A stretch of DNA of 64,000 nt from an uncultured Eubacteriales bacterium (GCA_964550165.1 CAZJYC010000001.1:71021-135020); one strand, 5' to 3'; positions 54,315-63,925 are shown, counted from the first letter of the stretch. Notes: generated by a model not told the origin, from the sequence alone. Made by a program: numbers and translations.

Positions 54315-55907
54315 ATGGTCAAAAGGTTCGCGCCGTACGCTCTTTTAAGCCTTGTTTTTTCTTTGGTCTTTGTCATCCCCCCTTCCCATTTTGGTCAAAG
54401 AGAGGGCATACCTCGTTATGGAGGAGTTTTTCACCTGAAATCTTTCACCGATAAATTTCGAATGCAGCTTGACCCGGCAAGTCCGGATTCTTTCATTTTT
54501 ATCTCCGAGCAGCTCTTTGATGGCTTGGTCAAACTGGACAAAAACCTGAACATCGTTCCTCATTTGGCGGAGTACTGGTCCATCTCCTCAGATGGCACAA
54601 TTTACACTTTTTTCTTGAGGCGAGGAATCAAATTCCATCACGGAGCCGAGCTGACGGCCGAAGATGTCAAATTTTCCCTGGAACGGCTTCTTGATCCGAA
54701 GGTGAACTTTCCCTATTACCAGTTCTTCCTTCCCAAAGTTGTCGGGGCCAGGGAATTTCGGGAGGGAAAAGCCAAAGATGTGGCTGGATTCAAAGCTTTA
54801 GATAAACACACATTCGAGATCCAATGGACAAAGCCTTTTATCTCCGCCCTGTATCTGATGAGTCTGCATTTCTGCAAGATACTTCCCAGGGATCTTGTCC
54901 TGGGCCAGGGAAGAGGATTTTTCACTAAGCCTTCGGGAACCGGCCCGTTTGTTTTTGACTTCTGGCTCAGGAATACGCGACTGGATATAATCGGAGTCCG
55001 CCTGAAGCGAAATGAGAACTATTTTGCCGGAAAACCTTATTTGAAGGCTGTGGAATTCAGTCCTGAGTTTGCCCTCCAGCATTTTTTGGGCGAGGAGATA
55101 GAGTCTATTCCTGTTCTATCCGAAAAACTCCTCACCTCCAACTACCAGATTTTTGAAGACGGCTTGCTTCATCCTGTGTTTCTCGGAATGAGCTGTCACC
55201 TGCCTCCTTTTGATCAAGTCATCGCCCGAAGAGCCATTGCCCATGCCATCAACAAGGAGGACGTTGCTCGTGCAGTCTATGACGTCAAATATTCGCTTCG
55301 GGTCACAAACAACTGGATCCCCTCCAGGCTCCCTGGTTTTCTGCCCAAGGATGACGCAAAGAGCTTTGATCCGGAGAAAGCCAATGAGCTTCTTCAGGAA
55401 GCAGGCTTTTCCGGCGAGAACAAATTTCCGACCATCACCCTGCTTTTTGATTTGCCAAGAACAGAATCAAAGCTTAGAATTTACAGAGAACTCCGGAGAC
55501 AGCTCGATGCGTTCGGTATCAAATTGAAATTGGACTATTACAAATCCATCGAGGAACTCAAGAATGCGAAAGATCCCTACCTGGTTGTGAGTGAGAAGCC
55601 GATGATCTTTCCTGACCCTGAAGATATCGTCAAGCCTCTTTTCTTCTCCAAGTCAATTTTCAATGTTTTCAACTATTCCAGTCCAGCTTTGGATAATCTT
55701 CTTCAGGAGGCTGAAGTGGAGCGGAGCTGGACCAGGAGAGTGAACCTTTTCCATCAGATTGAGGAGATTCTCGCTTCGGATGTGCCGGCGACTCCTCTTT
55801 TCTCTAAACAGAACCGGGTGGTCATGCAACCCTATGTCAAGGGAATTGAAGTTCCTCCCCTGAGTTTTTATTATTTGGATTGCAAAAAAATATGGTTGGA
55901 TAAATAG
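54315..55907 (+). CDS. ABC-type peptide/nickel substrate-binding protein (family 5, DppA/OppA-like)
   Basis: Start trimmed to MVKRFAPYALL (signal peptide). YGGVFHL start of the mature domain and SBP_bac_5-like composition; about 530 aa. Confidence 0.65.
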   Translation: MVKRFAPYALLSLVFSLVFVIPPSHFGQREGIPRYGGVFHLKSFTDKFRMQLDPASPDSFIFISEQLFDGLVKLDKNLNIVPHLAEYWSISSDGTIYTFFLRRGIKFHHGAELTAEDVKFSLERLLDPKVNFPYYQFFLPKVVGAREFREGKAKDVAGFKALDKHTFEIQWTKPFISALYLMSLHFCKILPRDLVLGQGRGFFTKPSGTGPFVFDFWLRNTRLDIIGVRLKRNENYFAGKPYLKAVEFSPEFALQHFLGEEIESIPVLSEKLLTSNYQIFEDGLLHPVFLGMSCHLPPFDQVIARRAIAHAINKEDVARAVYDVKYSLRVTNNWIPSRLPGFLPKDDAKSFDPEKANELLQEAGFSGENKFPTITLLFDLPRTESKLRIYRELRRQLDAFGIKLKLDYYKSIEELKNAKDPYLVVSEKPMIFPDPEDIVKPLFFSKSIFNVFNYSSPALDNLLQEAEVERSWTRRVNLFHQIEEILASDVPATPLFSKQNRVVMQPYVKGIEVPPLSFYYLDCKKIWLDK

Positions 55908-55912
55908 ATGTT

Positions 55913-57376
55913 ATGAAACCGAGATTGCGTCCGTCTCTTCAAACAAAGTTCATGCTCTCTGTGATCGGTTTGCTCATCGTGCTCGTCGGTTTGATTCTTT
56001 TTGTTATCGAACAGCGAGAGGTGAAGGCCATCTTTGAGGAACAAAAAAATAAAGGAGTCTTGATAGCCAAGAATATCGCCTACCTCAACTACAACCAGTT
56101 TATATTCTGGGACAAGGAGGGACTGGAGGAAAATATCGAAGGGCAAATCGATCAAAAACTCCTTTATGTCATCTTTTACGACCGGAACGCCAAGCCCTTT
56201 GTCGCCAATGAGTTCATCAAAGATTATGATGACATCTATAACCGCAGCTACCTGGAAGCAAAGGACGAGAGCAAGGATTTCTTTTTCGAATCCAAGAAGC
56301 TCAAAGAGAAAGACAGAGTTCTCAGGATTCTTGAAATAGAGGTGCCGATCATCGTTTCCGGTTCTCCGACCCGATGGGGTTCGATAAAAATCGGTCTTTC
56401 CTTGGAAGAGATGCGGTCAGAGATTCTCAAAACTCGTTTGATGCTGATTTTTATCGGTCTTGTGGGTCTGGTGATCGGCGCCGGAGGAGCCGCACTGCTA
56501 TCCAGAAGTATAACCGGGCCCTTGAAAAAATTGGTGGAGGGAACGGTGAAGATTTCCAGGGGCGATTTCTCTCAAAAAATAGATGTCGATTCCAAGGATG
56601 AAGTCGGAGATTTAGCTTCCAGCTTCAATGAAATGAGCCACCAGCTTCTCTTAGCCCGGAAAAGAATGGAAGAAGCGAACAGAAGACTGATCCAGGCAGA
56701 AAAACTGGCATCTATCGGCCGTATTTCCGCAGGAATTGCCCATGAGATCAGGAATCCCCTGACTTCCGTCAAACTGAACATCCAGAAGCTCTTTCAGAGC
56801 GAGCGGCTGGATGAGGTCGAAAAGGAGCACTTGAGCCTTTCGCAGGAGGGAATCAGCCATATGGAAAAATTTATCAAAGAGCTTCTGGATTTCACCCGAG
56901 TCTCCGAGTTGAATGTGGACCGCTTCTCCATCGGTCAAATCTTCGACGAGTCGGTGAAAATCATTTCGGACTCTCTGGAACTTAAAAGGATAACCCTGGA
57001 GAAGCATTATCAGGAAGGATTACCTAAGGTTCTTGTGGATGGAGACAAAATGAGGCAGGTCTTTTTGAACATCCTTCGCAACTCCTATGAAGCCGCCGGA
57101 GAAGGGGGTAAGATAAACGTATCCGTCTCTTTGATGAGAGAGGAATCAGGGCGTAAAATCAAGGTTAAAATAGCCGATAACGGCTGCGGAATCCCTGGAG
57201 AATACAGGGAAGTCATTTTTGAGCCTTTCTACACAACGAAATCCTCTGGAATTGGTTTAGGCTTGGCCAACGCCAGAAAGATTATCGAACAGCACAAAGG
57301 CTCTATAAAAGTCAAGGAAGGATCTGAGAAAGGAGCTTGCTTTGAGATCATTATTCCCTGTGAGGGAGAACGATGA
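55913..57376 (+). CDS. Sensor histidine kinase (TM, periplasmic domain, TM, HAMP, HisKA, HATPase_c)
   Basis: H-box SAGIAHEIRNPLT; N-box NILRNSYEA; G-boxes DNGCGIP and GIGLGL. Confidence 0.85.
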   Translation: MKPRLRPSLQTKFMLSVIGLLIVLVGLILFVIEQREVKAIFEEQKNKGVLIAKNIAYLNYNQFIFWDKEGLEENIEGQIDQKLLYVIFYDRNAKPFVANEFIKDYDDIYNRSYLEAKDESKDFFFESKKLKEKDRVLRILEIEVPIIVSGSPTRWGSIKIGLSLEEMRSEILKTRLMLIFIGLVGLVIGAGGAALLSRSITGPLKKLVEGTVKISRGDFSQKIDVDSKDEVGDLASSFNEMSHQLLLARKRMEEANRRLIQAEKLASIGRISAGIAHEIRNPLTSVKLNIQKLFQSERLDEVEKEHLSLSQEGISHMEKFIKELLDFTRVSELNVDRFSIGQIFDESVKIISDSLELKRITLEKHYQEGLPKVLVDGDKMRQVFLNILRNSYEAAGEGGKINVSVSLMREESGRKIKVKIADNGCGIPGEYREVIFEPFYTTKSSGIGLGLANARKIIEQHKGSIKVKEGSEKGACFEIIIPCEGER

Positions 57377-58707
57377 AGTCTATTCTGGTAATCGATGATG
57401 ATCCTTTGATCGGAAAGACCCTTTCTTCTCATCTGACAAAAAAAGGATATGAAGTTTTTCTTGCCGAAGATGGAGAGGAGGGACTTCAGAAGTATGAAGA
57501 AAACGCCCCGGATATGGTTATGCTGGATATTCGCCTTCCTGATAGGGACGGACTTGAAGTTTTGAGCAAACTCAAAGAAAAGAACAGGAGCGCCTGTGTC
57601 ATCATCATGACCGCTTACGATGATATGAAGACCACTGTCGAGGCCATCAAGCTCGGCGCTTTCGAATATCTGGTCAAGCCTCTTGATTTCGTCGAGCTCG
57701 ATTTGACCATCAGCAAGGCTTTCCAGATAAAGATGCTGGAGGAAAAAGTCAGCTACCTGATAGAGGAAAGACAGAAGGATTACACCATCGACAACATCAT
57801 CGGGCATTCTCCCCAGATGCGACAGGTGTTCAAGCTCATCGGGTCGGTGGCCAATTCAAGGACCAACGTTCTCATCCAGGGGGAGAGCGGGACAGGAAAA
57901 GAATTGGTAGCCCAAGCCATTCACTACAGCAGTCCTTACAGAGACGAACCTTTCATTGTCATCAACTGCTCAGCCATTACGGATACTCTGCTCGAAAGCG
58001 AGCTCTTTGGTCATGTGAAAGGCGCCTTCACGGATGCCGTTTGCGAGACCCGGGGCAAGTTTGAAATCGCCGGCAAAGGAACGCTCTTTCTGGATGAAAT
58101 CGGTGATATTTCCCCCAATCTTCAGGCAAAACTTCTGCGGGTGATCGAGACAAGGGATTTCATGAAAGTTGGAGGCGAGAAAATCCTGAAGACGCAGGCA
58201 AGAATCATCGCTGCCACAAACCAGGATTTAAAGGGGCTTATCGAAAAAGGGAAGCTCCGCGAAGACCTTTATTACCGGTTGAAAGTGGTGGAGATAACCC
58301 TGCCTTCTCTTCAGGAGAGAAGAGAGGACATACCCGATCTGGTGGCTTACCTTTTGGAGAAAATCAACCGCAAGTTGCGAAAGAATGTGAGGAAAGTTCC
58401 ACCGGAAGTGATGAAGATTCTGGTCCGTCATCCCTGGAAAGGGAATGTTCGAGAGCTGGAAAATGCCTTAACAAGAGCGGTCATCCTGGCCAAGGGAGAT
58501 ATCATTCTTGAAGAAAACCTGCCGCTTGAGCCAGCAGATAAGAAGCTATTTTTGAGGGAGCTCGTTCCGTTAAGAGAAGTGGAAAAGAACTATATCCAGC
58601 ATGTGTTGAAGGCTACGAAAGGAAACAAAACCAAGGCCAGCCAGATCTTGCAAATCAGCCGTCCCACCCTGGACAAGAAAATCAAGGAATACAAACTGGA
58701 TCTGTAA
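57373..58707 (+). CDS. Sigma-54-dependent response regulator (NtrC family: REC, AAA+, HTH)
   Basis: REC with DIRLPD; Walker A GESGTGKE; GAFTDA; ESELFGH; C-terminal Fis-type HTH; overlaps the kinase gene stop. Confidence 0.9.
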   Translation: MKSILVIDDDPLIGKTLSSHLTKKGYEVFLAEDGEEGLQKYEENAPDMVMLDIRLPDRDGLEVLSKLKEKNRSACVIIMTAYDDMKTTVEAIKLGAFEYLVKPLDFVELDLTISKAFQIKMLEEKVSYLIEERQKDYTIDNIIGHSPQMRQVFKLIGSVANSRTNVLIQGESGTGKELVAQAIHYSSPYRDEPFIVINCSAITDTLLESELFGHVKGAFTDAVCETRGKFEIAGKGTLFLDEIGDISPNLQAKLLRVIETRDFMKVGGEKILKTQARIIAATNQDLKGLIEKGKLREDLYYRLKVVEITLPSLQERREDIPDLVAYLLEKINRKLRKNVRKVPPEVMKILVRHPWKGNVRELENALTRAVILAKGDIILEENLPLEPADKKLFLRELVPLREVEKNYIQHVLKATKGNKTKASQILQISRPTLDKKIKEYKLDL

Positions 58708-58947
58708 ATCCTCTTTACCCGATGTAAATATTTTTTCATTTGATTTCAAGAAAATCGGGTAAGGCGAAAAACCGAGGTTGTGGGACGATTTTTAGGTTTC
58801 CAGCCCTACGACTGCAAAAAAAATGGCCTGAATCTTTAATTTATTTATTATCTGTTTGTTAAACAAGCATTTCTAACTTTTATTTGAAAAATTTCCCGAT
58901 ATCGTTTTTTCTGGGGGTGTTCTTTCGTTCAATTTTTTTTCATCGAT

Positions 58948-58963
58948 TGGCACAAAACCTGCA
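58948..58963 (+). promoter_or_regulatory. Sigma-54 promoter TGGCAC-N5-CTGCA upstream of the REC gene
   Basis: GG at 58949-50 and GC at 58961-62; about 48 bp upstream of the 59011 start. Confidence 0.55.
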
Positions 58964-59010
58964 GAAAAGATGTGTGTTGAAGAAATTATAAAAGAGGTGA
59001 AATACAGAAA

Positions 59011-59397
59011 ATGTCCGAAAAGAGAATTGTCGTGGTCGATGATGATGAGTCCATCCGCAAGACCTTTTTCTTGATCCTCCACAAGAACTATCAGGTCTAT
59101 CTGGCCAAGGATTCCCAGGAGGCCTTGCAGCGCTTTGAAAATACCCAGATTGATCTAATCATCGCGGATCTAAAGCTTCCTGACAGTAATGGTCTAGAAA
59201 TGATCACCAAATTCAGAGCATCGGGTTACAAAGGGGAAGTCATCCTGATTTCCGCCTACCCTGACCTGGTGGATAGGAATGAGCTGTCCAATCTTTCTAT
59301 TTCCCAGTTCTTTGTCAAGCCTCTGGATTTGGATGCTCTCAACCGCTCGATCGACCGTCTTATGGATTCAAAGAAAATAAAGGAGAATCGAGTATGA
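59011..59397 (+). CDS. Stand-alone response-regulator receiver domain protein
   Basis: CheY-like fold with VVVDDDE and the phospho-acceptor context LIIADLKLPD; 128 aa. Confidence 0.8.
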   Translation: MSEKRIVVVDDDESIRKTFFLILHKNYQVYLAKDSQEALQRFENTQIDLIIADLKLPDSNGLEMITKFRASGYKGEVILISAYPDLVDRNELSNLSISQFFVKPLDLDALNRSIDRLMDSKKIKENRV

Positions 59398-59606
59398 GAA
59401 GGGATGTCGTATCCAACCTCATGCCCAGACAGGATTATGATTTCAATCACTGCAGGCTGGTTCGAATTCATCCTGTCTGGTATTCATTTATCAAGTATTG
59501 CGAGACTCTGCGATACGGCGATATAGAGAAGTTGAAAATTCAAGATGGTCTTCCGATGCTGGCCGAGGAAGTTAAGAAAAAAATAAAATTTTTCGTTGAT
59601 GAATGA
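59394..59606 (+). CDS. Small hypothetical protein, 70 aa, with an RIHPVWY motif and ATGA-coupled to the REC gene
   Basis: It contains LVRIHPVWYSFIKY. A paralogous N-terminus (LLRIHPVWYLFMQ) starts at 63926. Confidence 0.5.
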   Translation: MRRDVVSNLMPRQDYDFNHCRLVRIHPVWYSFIKYCETLRYGDIEKLKIQDGLPMLAEEVKKKIKFFVDE

Positions 59607-59637
59607 ATAGAGTTGGAATTTTTAAGGGAGAGAAGTC

Positions 59638-60069
59638 ATGAGATCAGAAAAACTGGTTCACGAACAGAAAAAAGAATTCCTTGATTTTCTGACCATCGAT
59701 GAAGCACTGGAGAAGGAGATGGCCTGGGAGTCAATCATGCCCTTTTTTGCTGCGAGATCCTTTGAAAGAGGAGAGATTAGTAAACCCGCAGAGGAGTTCC
59801 CTTCTTTAGAAGCCAGAGAGAGCGACTTCACCACAGAAAATCAATTGAAGAAAAAGCTCTTCTGGATTTTCATGGAGTATTTTTTTCTGAGCAGCAAAGT
59901 TCCTTTGAAGGACATCGTCGAAGGTTTGGAGAGGAATATCATCCTCAGAACTCTGTATAAGGTTAACGGAAACCAGAAGAAAGCCGCGCACCTGTTGAAT
60001 GTGAAATATTCGACTCTCAACGAAAAAGTGAAACGGTACAAAATCCGCTTTCATATCAATCCCTTCTAA
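59638..60069 (+). CDS. Fis-type HTH (HTH_8) DNA-binding protein with an N-terminal extension
   Basis: The C-terminus ILRTLYKVNGNQKKAAHLLNVKYSTLNEKVKRYKI matches the NtrC/Fis HTH; 143 aa. Confidence 0.65.
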   Translation: MRSEKLVHEQKKEFLDFLTIDEALEKEMAWESIMPFFAARSFERGEISKPAEEFPSLEARESDFTTENQLKKKLFWIFMEYFFLSSKVPLKDIVEGLERNIILRTLYKVNGNQKKAAHLLNVKYSTLNEKVKRYKIRFHINPF

Positions 60070-60177
60070 AACAGGAAATATTTCCTTTCAACCAACCTGA
60101 CGGCTTCCCATCAAATCAAAATTTCTGAAAGAGAAAAAGGATTTCCATATTTTCACCAAATCTTTTTATTCAATTTT

Positions 60178-60195
60178 TTGAATTCTTGAATTCAA
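60178..60195. promoter_or_regulatory. Tandem TTGAATTC-TTGAATTC-AA near-palindrome about 90 bp upstream of a sigma-54 promoter, a candidate enhancer site
   Basis: Two exact 8-mers in tandem; the position is typical for a bEBP UAS. Confidence 0.35.
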
Positions 60196-60277
60196 ATAAA
60201 TGGAAAGTTTGATTGGCCAATAGAGTGAATCAAAATTAAGTTGTTGTTAATAAAAAGGATAAAAATGAAGGTCAAGT

Positions 60278-60293
60278 TGGCATGATATTTGCT
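60278..60293 (+). promoter_or_regulatory. Sigma-54 promoter TGGCAT-N5-TTGCT
   Basis: GG at 60279-80 and GC at 60291-92 with canonical spacing. A terminator lies about 70 nt downstream of the expected start. Confidence 0.55.
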
Positions 60294-60352
60294 ACATAAA
60301 AGAGGAGAAGGAATAATGTAGAGAAAATAAAAATCTAAAGTAAACAGCTGAC

Positions 60353-60410
60353 TTAAAAAAAAGAGGCTGTTTGAGGCTTTTGCGAGTCTCAAGCAGCCTC
60401 TTTTTTTTTA
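60353..60410 (+). terminator. Rho-independent terminator with A and T tracts on either side
   Basis: AAAAAAAAGAGGCTG...CAGCCTCTTTTTTTTT, a 9-bp outer stem. Confidence 0.75.
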
Positions 60411-60554
60411 TGCCAAAAAATCCAAGAAGGAGGTGAGGAATCAAGGAGTAACGAAAAAGTCAAAAAAGGAAATCGGTGGAGTGAGACCTTCACTCCAGGG
60501 CGAAAGACAATTGAATTACCCCCGAGTTAAAGAGGGGTAAAACGGAGGTTTCAA

Positions 60555-63500
60555 GTGCGAAAAATGTTTAGCATTCTGTTTGTGCTGCTACTTGCCTGCT
60601 CGTTGATGGCACAGCAGAGAACGGGAAATATCTACGGCAAGATTAGCGACGAAGAAGGAAATCCTCTTCCTGGTGTGACCGTAACCCTAACCGGCTCCAT
60701 GACAGCAGCTCTGACCAATGTAAGCTCTGCCTCAGGCAGTTACAGGTTTATCTCCCTTCCGCCGGCCAAGGACTATGTCCTCAAGGCTGAGTTGGCTGGA
60801 TTCAAGACAGAGATCCGGGAGAGCGTTATCGTTACCGTCGGAGCCAACGTCGAGATCAACCTGACCATGGCCATGGGCCGGATCGAGGAAGAGGTGACGG
60901 TTACGGCGGTTTCTCCTGTGGTCGACACCAAGAAGACCGCGGTGGGAGCGAACGTGACCAAGGAAGCGCTGCAGTCGCTGCCTACGGCGAGAGATCCGTG
61001 GGTTGTTCTCCAGATGGCTCCCTCGATCATCACCGACAGGGAGAACGTCGGAGGAGCAGAGTCCGGACAGCAGTCTACTTATGTGGCAAGAGGAGCCCCG
61101 AATTACAGCAACAATGTCTGGGCTATGGACGGAATCGTCATCACCGACCCTGCGGCCATCGGAGCCTCGCCGAGCTACTATGACTTTGACGCTTTTGAGG
61201 AGATGCAGATCACGGTCGGCGGAGCGGACATCACGGTCCAGACAGGCGGTGTTGCGCTGAACATGGTGACCCACAGAGGCGGGAACGCTGTCACCATCGG
61301 TGGAAGGTTCTATGTGACCGACGAGAAATTCCAGGCGAAGAACACCGAGTTTGTGCAAGAGAAAATAGAAGAAGAGAAGATAGCAGCTCGTTTTATAGGC
61401 ATCAATCAGATCAGGAACAACAAAGATTACGGCTTCAACCTGGGTGGTCCGCTGATTAAGGACAAAGCCTGGTTGTGGGGGTCTTACGGTGTTCAGGACC
61501 TGAAGACCCTGACTGTTTATGGAAAAGGCGATGACACTCTGCTGACCAACTATGCGGCCAAGCTTAACGTCCAGATCATCCCGGAAAACCGTTTTGAGGC
61601 TTTCGTCCATATCGGAGGGAAGCAGAAGTGGGGCAGGTCATCGTCTATCGCCAACCCTGAAGGGCTATACCAGGGCGGCCGATATCACTTTGGGAGTCCG
61701 ATTGTCAAATTCCAGGATGAGCATATGTTCGGGAATAACCTTTTTGTTTCCTTTAAATATGCTTTCTCCGATGCGGGCTTCAACCTGACGCCGATTGTCG
61801 ACATGAACTTTGAAAAACCGTTGTATGTGGACGTGAAAGAAGGGCGGAACTATGGATCCCAGGCAGGCCGCTATTATGTCGAAAGGCCGGTCAATCAGTA
61901 CAACTTCCTGCTCCAGTACTTCAACGACGATTTGCTCGGCGTAAGCCATGATGTCAAGATGGGTTTCGAGTATGCGGATAGAAACGCTTACACCGAGTCG
62001 GTGAATGCTGGCAATATCACCATCAACCAGCACTATGACACCAACACCATAGATTGGAACGACGACGGAACTCCAGACCCACCTCCTTCATCCGAGTTCG
62101 AAAATTTTAAACGGTTTTTCTTCGCCAGAGGATTCTACAGGGATTATGGCGTCAAGGCTCTTGCCGGCTATATCAGTGACACCATCAGCTTCGGCAGGCT
62201 CAACCTGATCCTTGGCTTGAGGTATGATTTTCAGAAACCCAGAGTTAACCCGATCGCGATCGAAGCTGTGAACGAAAATGCGGCCTGGAATGTTGCCGAT
62301 CCTGCAGTCAAGAGTGCCCTTGACGCCCTTTTGCCAGGCCTTACGATCGACCAGATCGATGCCACAGCTGATGACGGCAGCACCTATTCCTGGCAAGTCT
62401 TGTCTCCGAGACTCGGACTGACCTGGGATGTCAGGGGTGACGGCAAGACCATTGCCAAACTGTCGCTGGCTTCCTACGGCGATTTCATGGGTGTCGGATC
62501 GGCTGGGAACTGGATGCCCGGTGGAACCGGCGGAGCCATGAATTTCTGGTGGAGGGATGACGGCGACAGGACAGTTGAATTCCAGGAGCTCTACTGGCAT
62601 TATGTCGGAGGTGCCACGCCTTATGCCCCTTACCGTGTCTTCAACGATTCCGGAGATGTTATCCTGACTGCCGATCAGTGGACGGATGCGGCTGGCACAT
62701 TCTGGAGTGGATACGATCGCCTGAATCCGGGCCAGGTGCAGGCTCCATACACAACTCTTGAGAAGAACGCCGGCTCGACCCGAACTCTGGAGGCCATGCT
62801 CACTCTCGATAAAGAGATCTTCACCGATTTTGCTGTGACGGTAAACGCTACCTACAGACGGTACGACCATTTCACCTGGGGTAACAAGTATTTTGTCGAC
62901 CAGGATACAGGAGAGCGGTACGGCTTTCAGTCCCAGGATTGGTGGGTTGTTGCACCCAATCGTCCGCCTGAATCCATAACCGTCAATCCAGACACTACCA
63001 AATGGGATGGCGATACAGGAGAAGCTTCCCAGCACGACTGGTATTACATGACCAATGATTACACCGAAGGCGACCGGAGGTTTGATCCCTCTGCCTATTC
63101 TCCATATTCTCTGGTGACCAGACAGCCCGATTTCTACCAGGAATGTTATAGTTTGGACCTCATCTTCAACAAGAGGCTGTCCAACAAATGGATGATGAAC
63201 GCCAGCTTTACCTTGCAGAGTCAGATAGCCCATTACGGAGACGAGGGCGCCTGGCATCCCACAAACCTCTGGGCTGTTGACGGCAAAGATTATTCAGCCC
63301 TGATCGGCGCGGCAAGCGGAATTCTTAACCAGTACACCAACACCCGGTGGATGGCCAAGGTCTCGGGGCTCTATCAGTTCCCCTATGACATCAACGTCGC
63401 CTTTACCTTCCTGGCCAGAGAGGGCTGGATCATCCAGGAGACATTCACCTATGTGGACTACACCGTTCCCAACCCGAGAGACAGAAGCTTCACCTCTTAC

Positions 63501-63788
63501 ATTTATCCCTTTGGCGATGATAGGCTGCCGACATTTTTCCACCTGGATCTCCGCCTTGAGAAGATGATCAGAGTTGGCGACACGGGCAGGATCTGGCTCA
63601 TGGCTGACCTGTTCAACGTCTTCAATGCCAAGACCGAGCTGAGAAGAACACAGAAGAGCTGGGGAACCTACTATTACTATGGTCCTGATGACCCGCGCAA
63701 CTACTTCAGGCCCAGCCCAACAGCATACGCCCTTGATGCGGTCTTGCTCCCGAGAGTCTTAAGATTAGGAGTCAGGTTCCAGTTCTAA
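60555..63788 (+). CDS. Oar-like TonB-dependent outer-membrane receptor with an N-terminal carboxypeptidase-regulatory-like domain
   Basis: GTG start after a GGAGG RBS. Signal peptide, then GNIYGKISDEEGNPLPGVTVTLTG (CarbopepD_reg-like), then a long beta-barrel region. The C-terminal ...GVRFQF ends in Phe. 1077 aa. Confidence 0.75.
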   Translation: MRKMFSILFVLLLACSLMAQQRTGNIYGKISDEEGNPLPGVTVTLTGSMTAALTNVSSASGSYRFISLPPAKDYVLKAELAGFKTEIRESVIVTVGANVEINLTMAMGRIEEEVTVTAVSPVVDTKKTAVGANVTKEALQSLPTARDPWVVLQMAPSIITDRENVGGAESGQQSTYVARGAPNYSNNVWAMDGIVITDPAAIGASPSYYDFDAFEEMQITVGGADITVQTGGVALNMVTHRGGNAVTIGGRFYVTDEKFQAKNTEFVQEKIEEEKIAARFIGINQIRNNKDYGFNLGGPLIKDKAWLWGSYGVQDLKTLTVYGKGDDTLLTNYAAKLNVQIIPENRFEAFVHIGGKQKWGRSSSIANPEGLYQGGRYHFGSPIVKFQDEHMFGNNLFVSFKYAFSDAGFNLTPIVDMNFEKPLYVDVKEGRNYGSQAGRYYVERPVNQYNFLLQYFNDDLLGVSHDVKMGFEYADRNAYTESVNAGNITINQHYDTNTIDWNDDGTPDPPPSSEFENFKRFFFARGFYRDYGVKALAGYISDTISFGRLNLILGLRYDFQKPRVNPIAIEAVNENAAWNVADPAVKSALDALLPGLTIDQIDATADDGSTYSWQVLSPRLGLTWDVRGDGKTIAKLSLASYGDFMGVGSAGNWMPGGTGGAMNFWWRDDGDRTVEFQELYWHYVGGATPYAPYRVFNDSGDVILTADQWTDAAGTFWSGYDRLNPGQVQAPYTTLEKNAGSTRTLEAMLTLDKEIFTDFAVTVNATYRRYDHFTWGNKYFVDQDTGERYGFQSQDWWVVAPNRPPESITVNPDTTKWDGDTGEASQHDWYYMTNDYTEGDRRFDPSAYSPYSLVTRQPDFYQECYSLDLIFNKRLSNKWMMNASFTLQSQIAHYGDEGAWHPTNLWAVDGKDYSALIGAASGILNQYTNTRWMAKVSGLYQFPYDINVAFTFLAREGWIIQETFTYVDYTVPNPRDRSFTSYIYPFGDDRLPTFFHLDLRLEKMIRVGDTGRIWLMADLFNVFNAKTELRRTQKSWGTYYYYGPDDPRNYFRPSPTAYALDAVLLPRVLRLGVRFQF

Positions 63789-63808
63789 GGATCTCCTGCT
63801 CGAGTGGA

Positions 63809-63848
63809 ATGCCCCTCCCGGGCTCGCCCGGGAGGGGCATATTTCTAT
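63809..63848 (+). terminator. Rho-independent terminator
   Basis: ATGCCCCTCCCGGG ctcg CCCGGGAGGGGCAT followed by a T-rich tract. Confidence 0.8.
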
Positions 63849-63925
63849 CTTCCCATCAAGAAAGTGTCTCAGCAAGAGATGCCAATGACTGAAGGGGGAT
63901 GGATTTAAAACCGACCGAGAACAAA

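Noticed and set aside
59011-60069. Possibility that REC / small ORF / HTH are fragments of a frameshifted NtrC gene
   Set aside because: The three ORFs total about 340 aa with no AAA+ motifs (no Walker A, GAFTGA or ESELFGH) in any frame between the REC and HTH. The junctions are clean ATGA or 31-nt spacers rather than homopolymer slips. They are treated as an intact split module.
60732-63257. Minus-strand ORFs of 292 and 389 aa inside the Oar-like receptor gene
   Set aside because: Antisense to a continuous 1077-aa ORF with a signal peptide, CarbopepD_reg domain and C-terminal Phe; Arg/Gly/Asp-rich.
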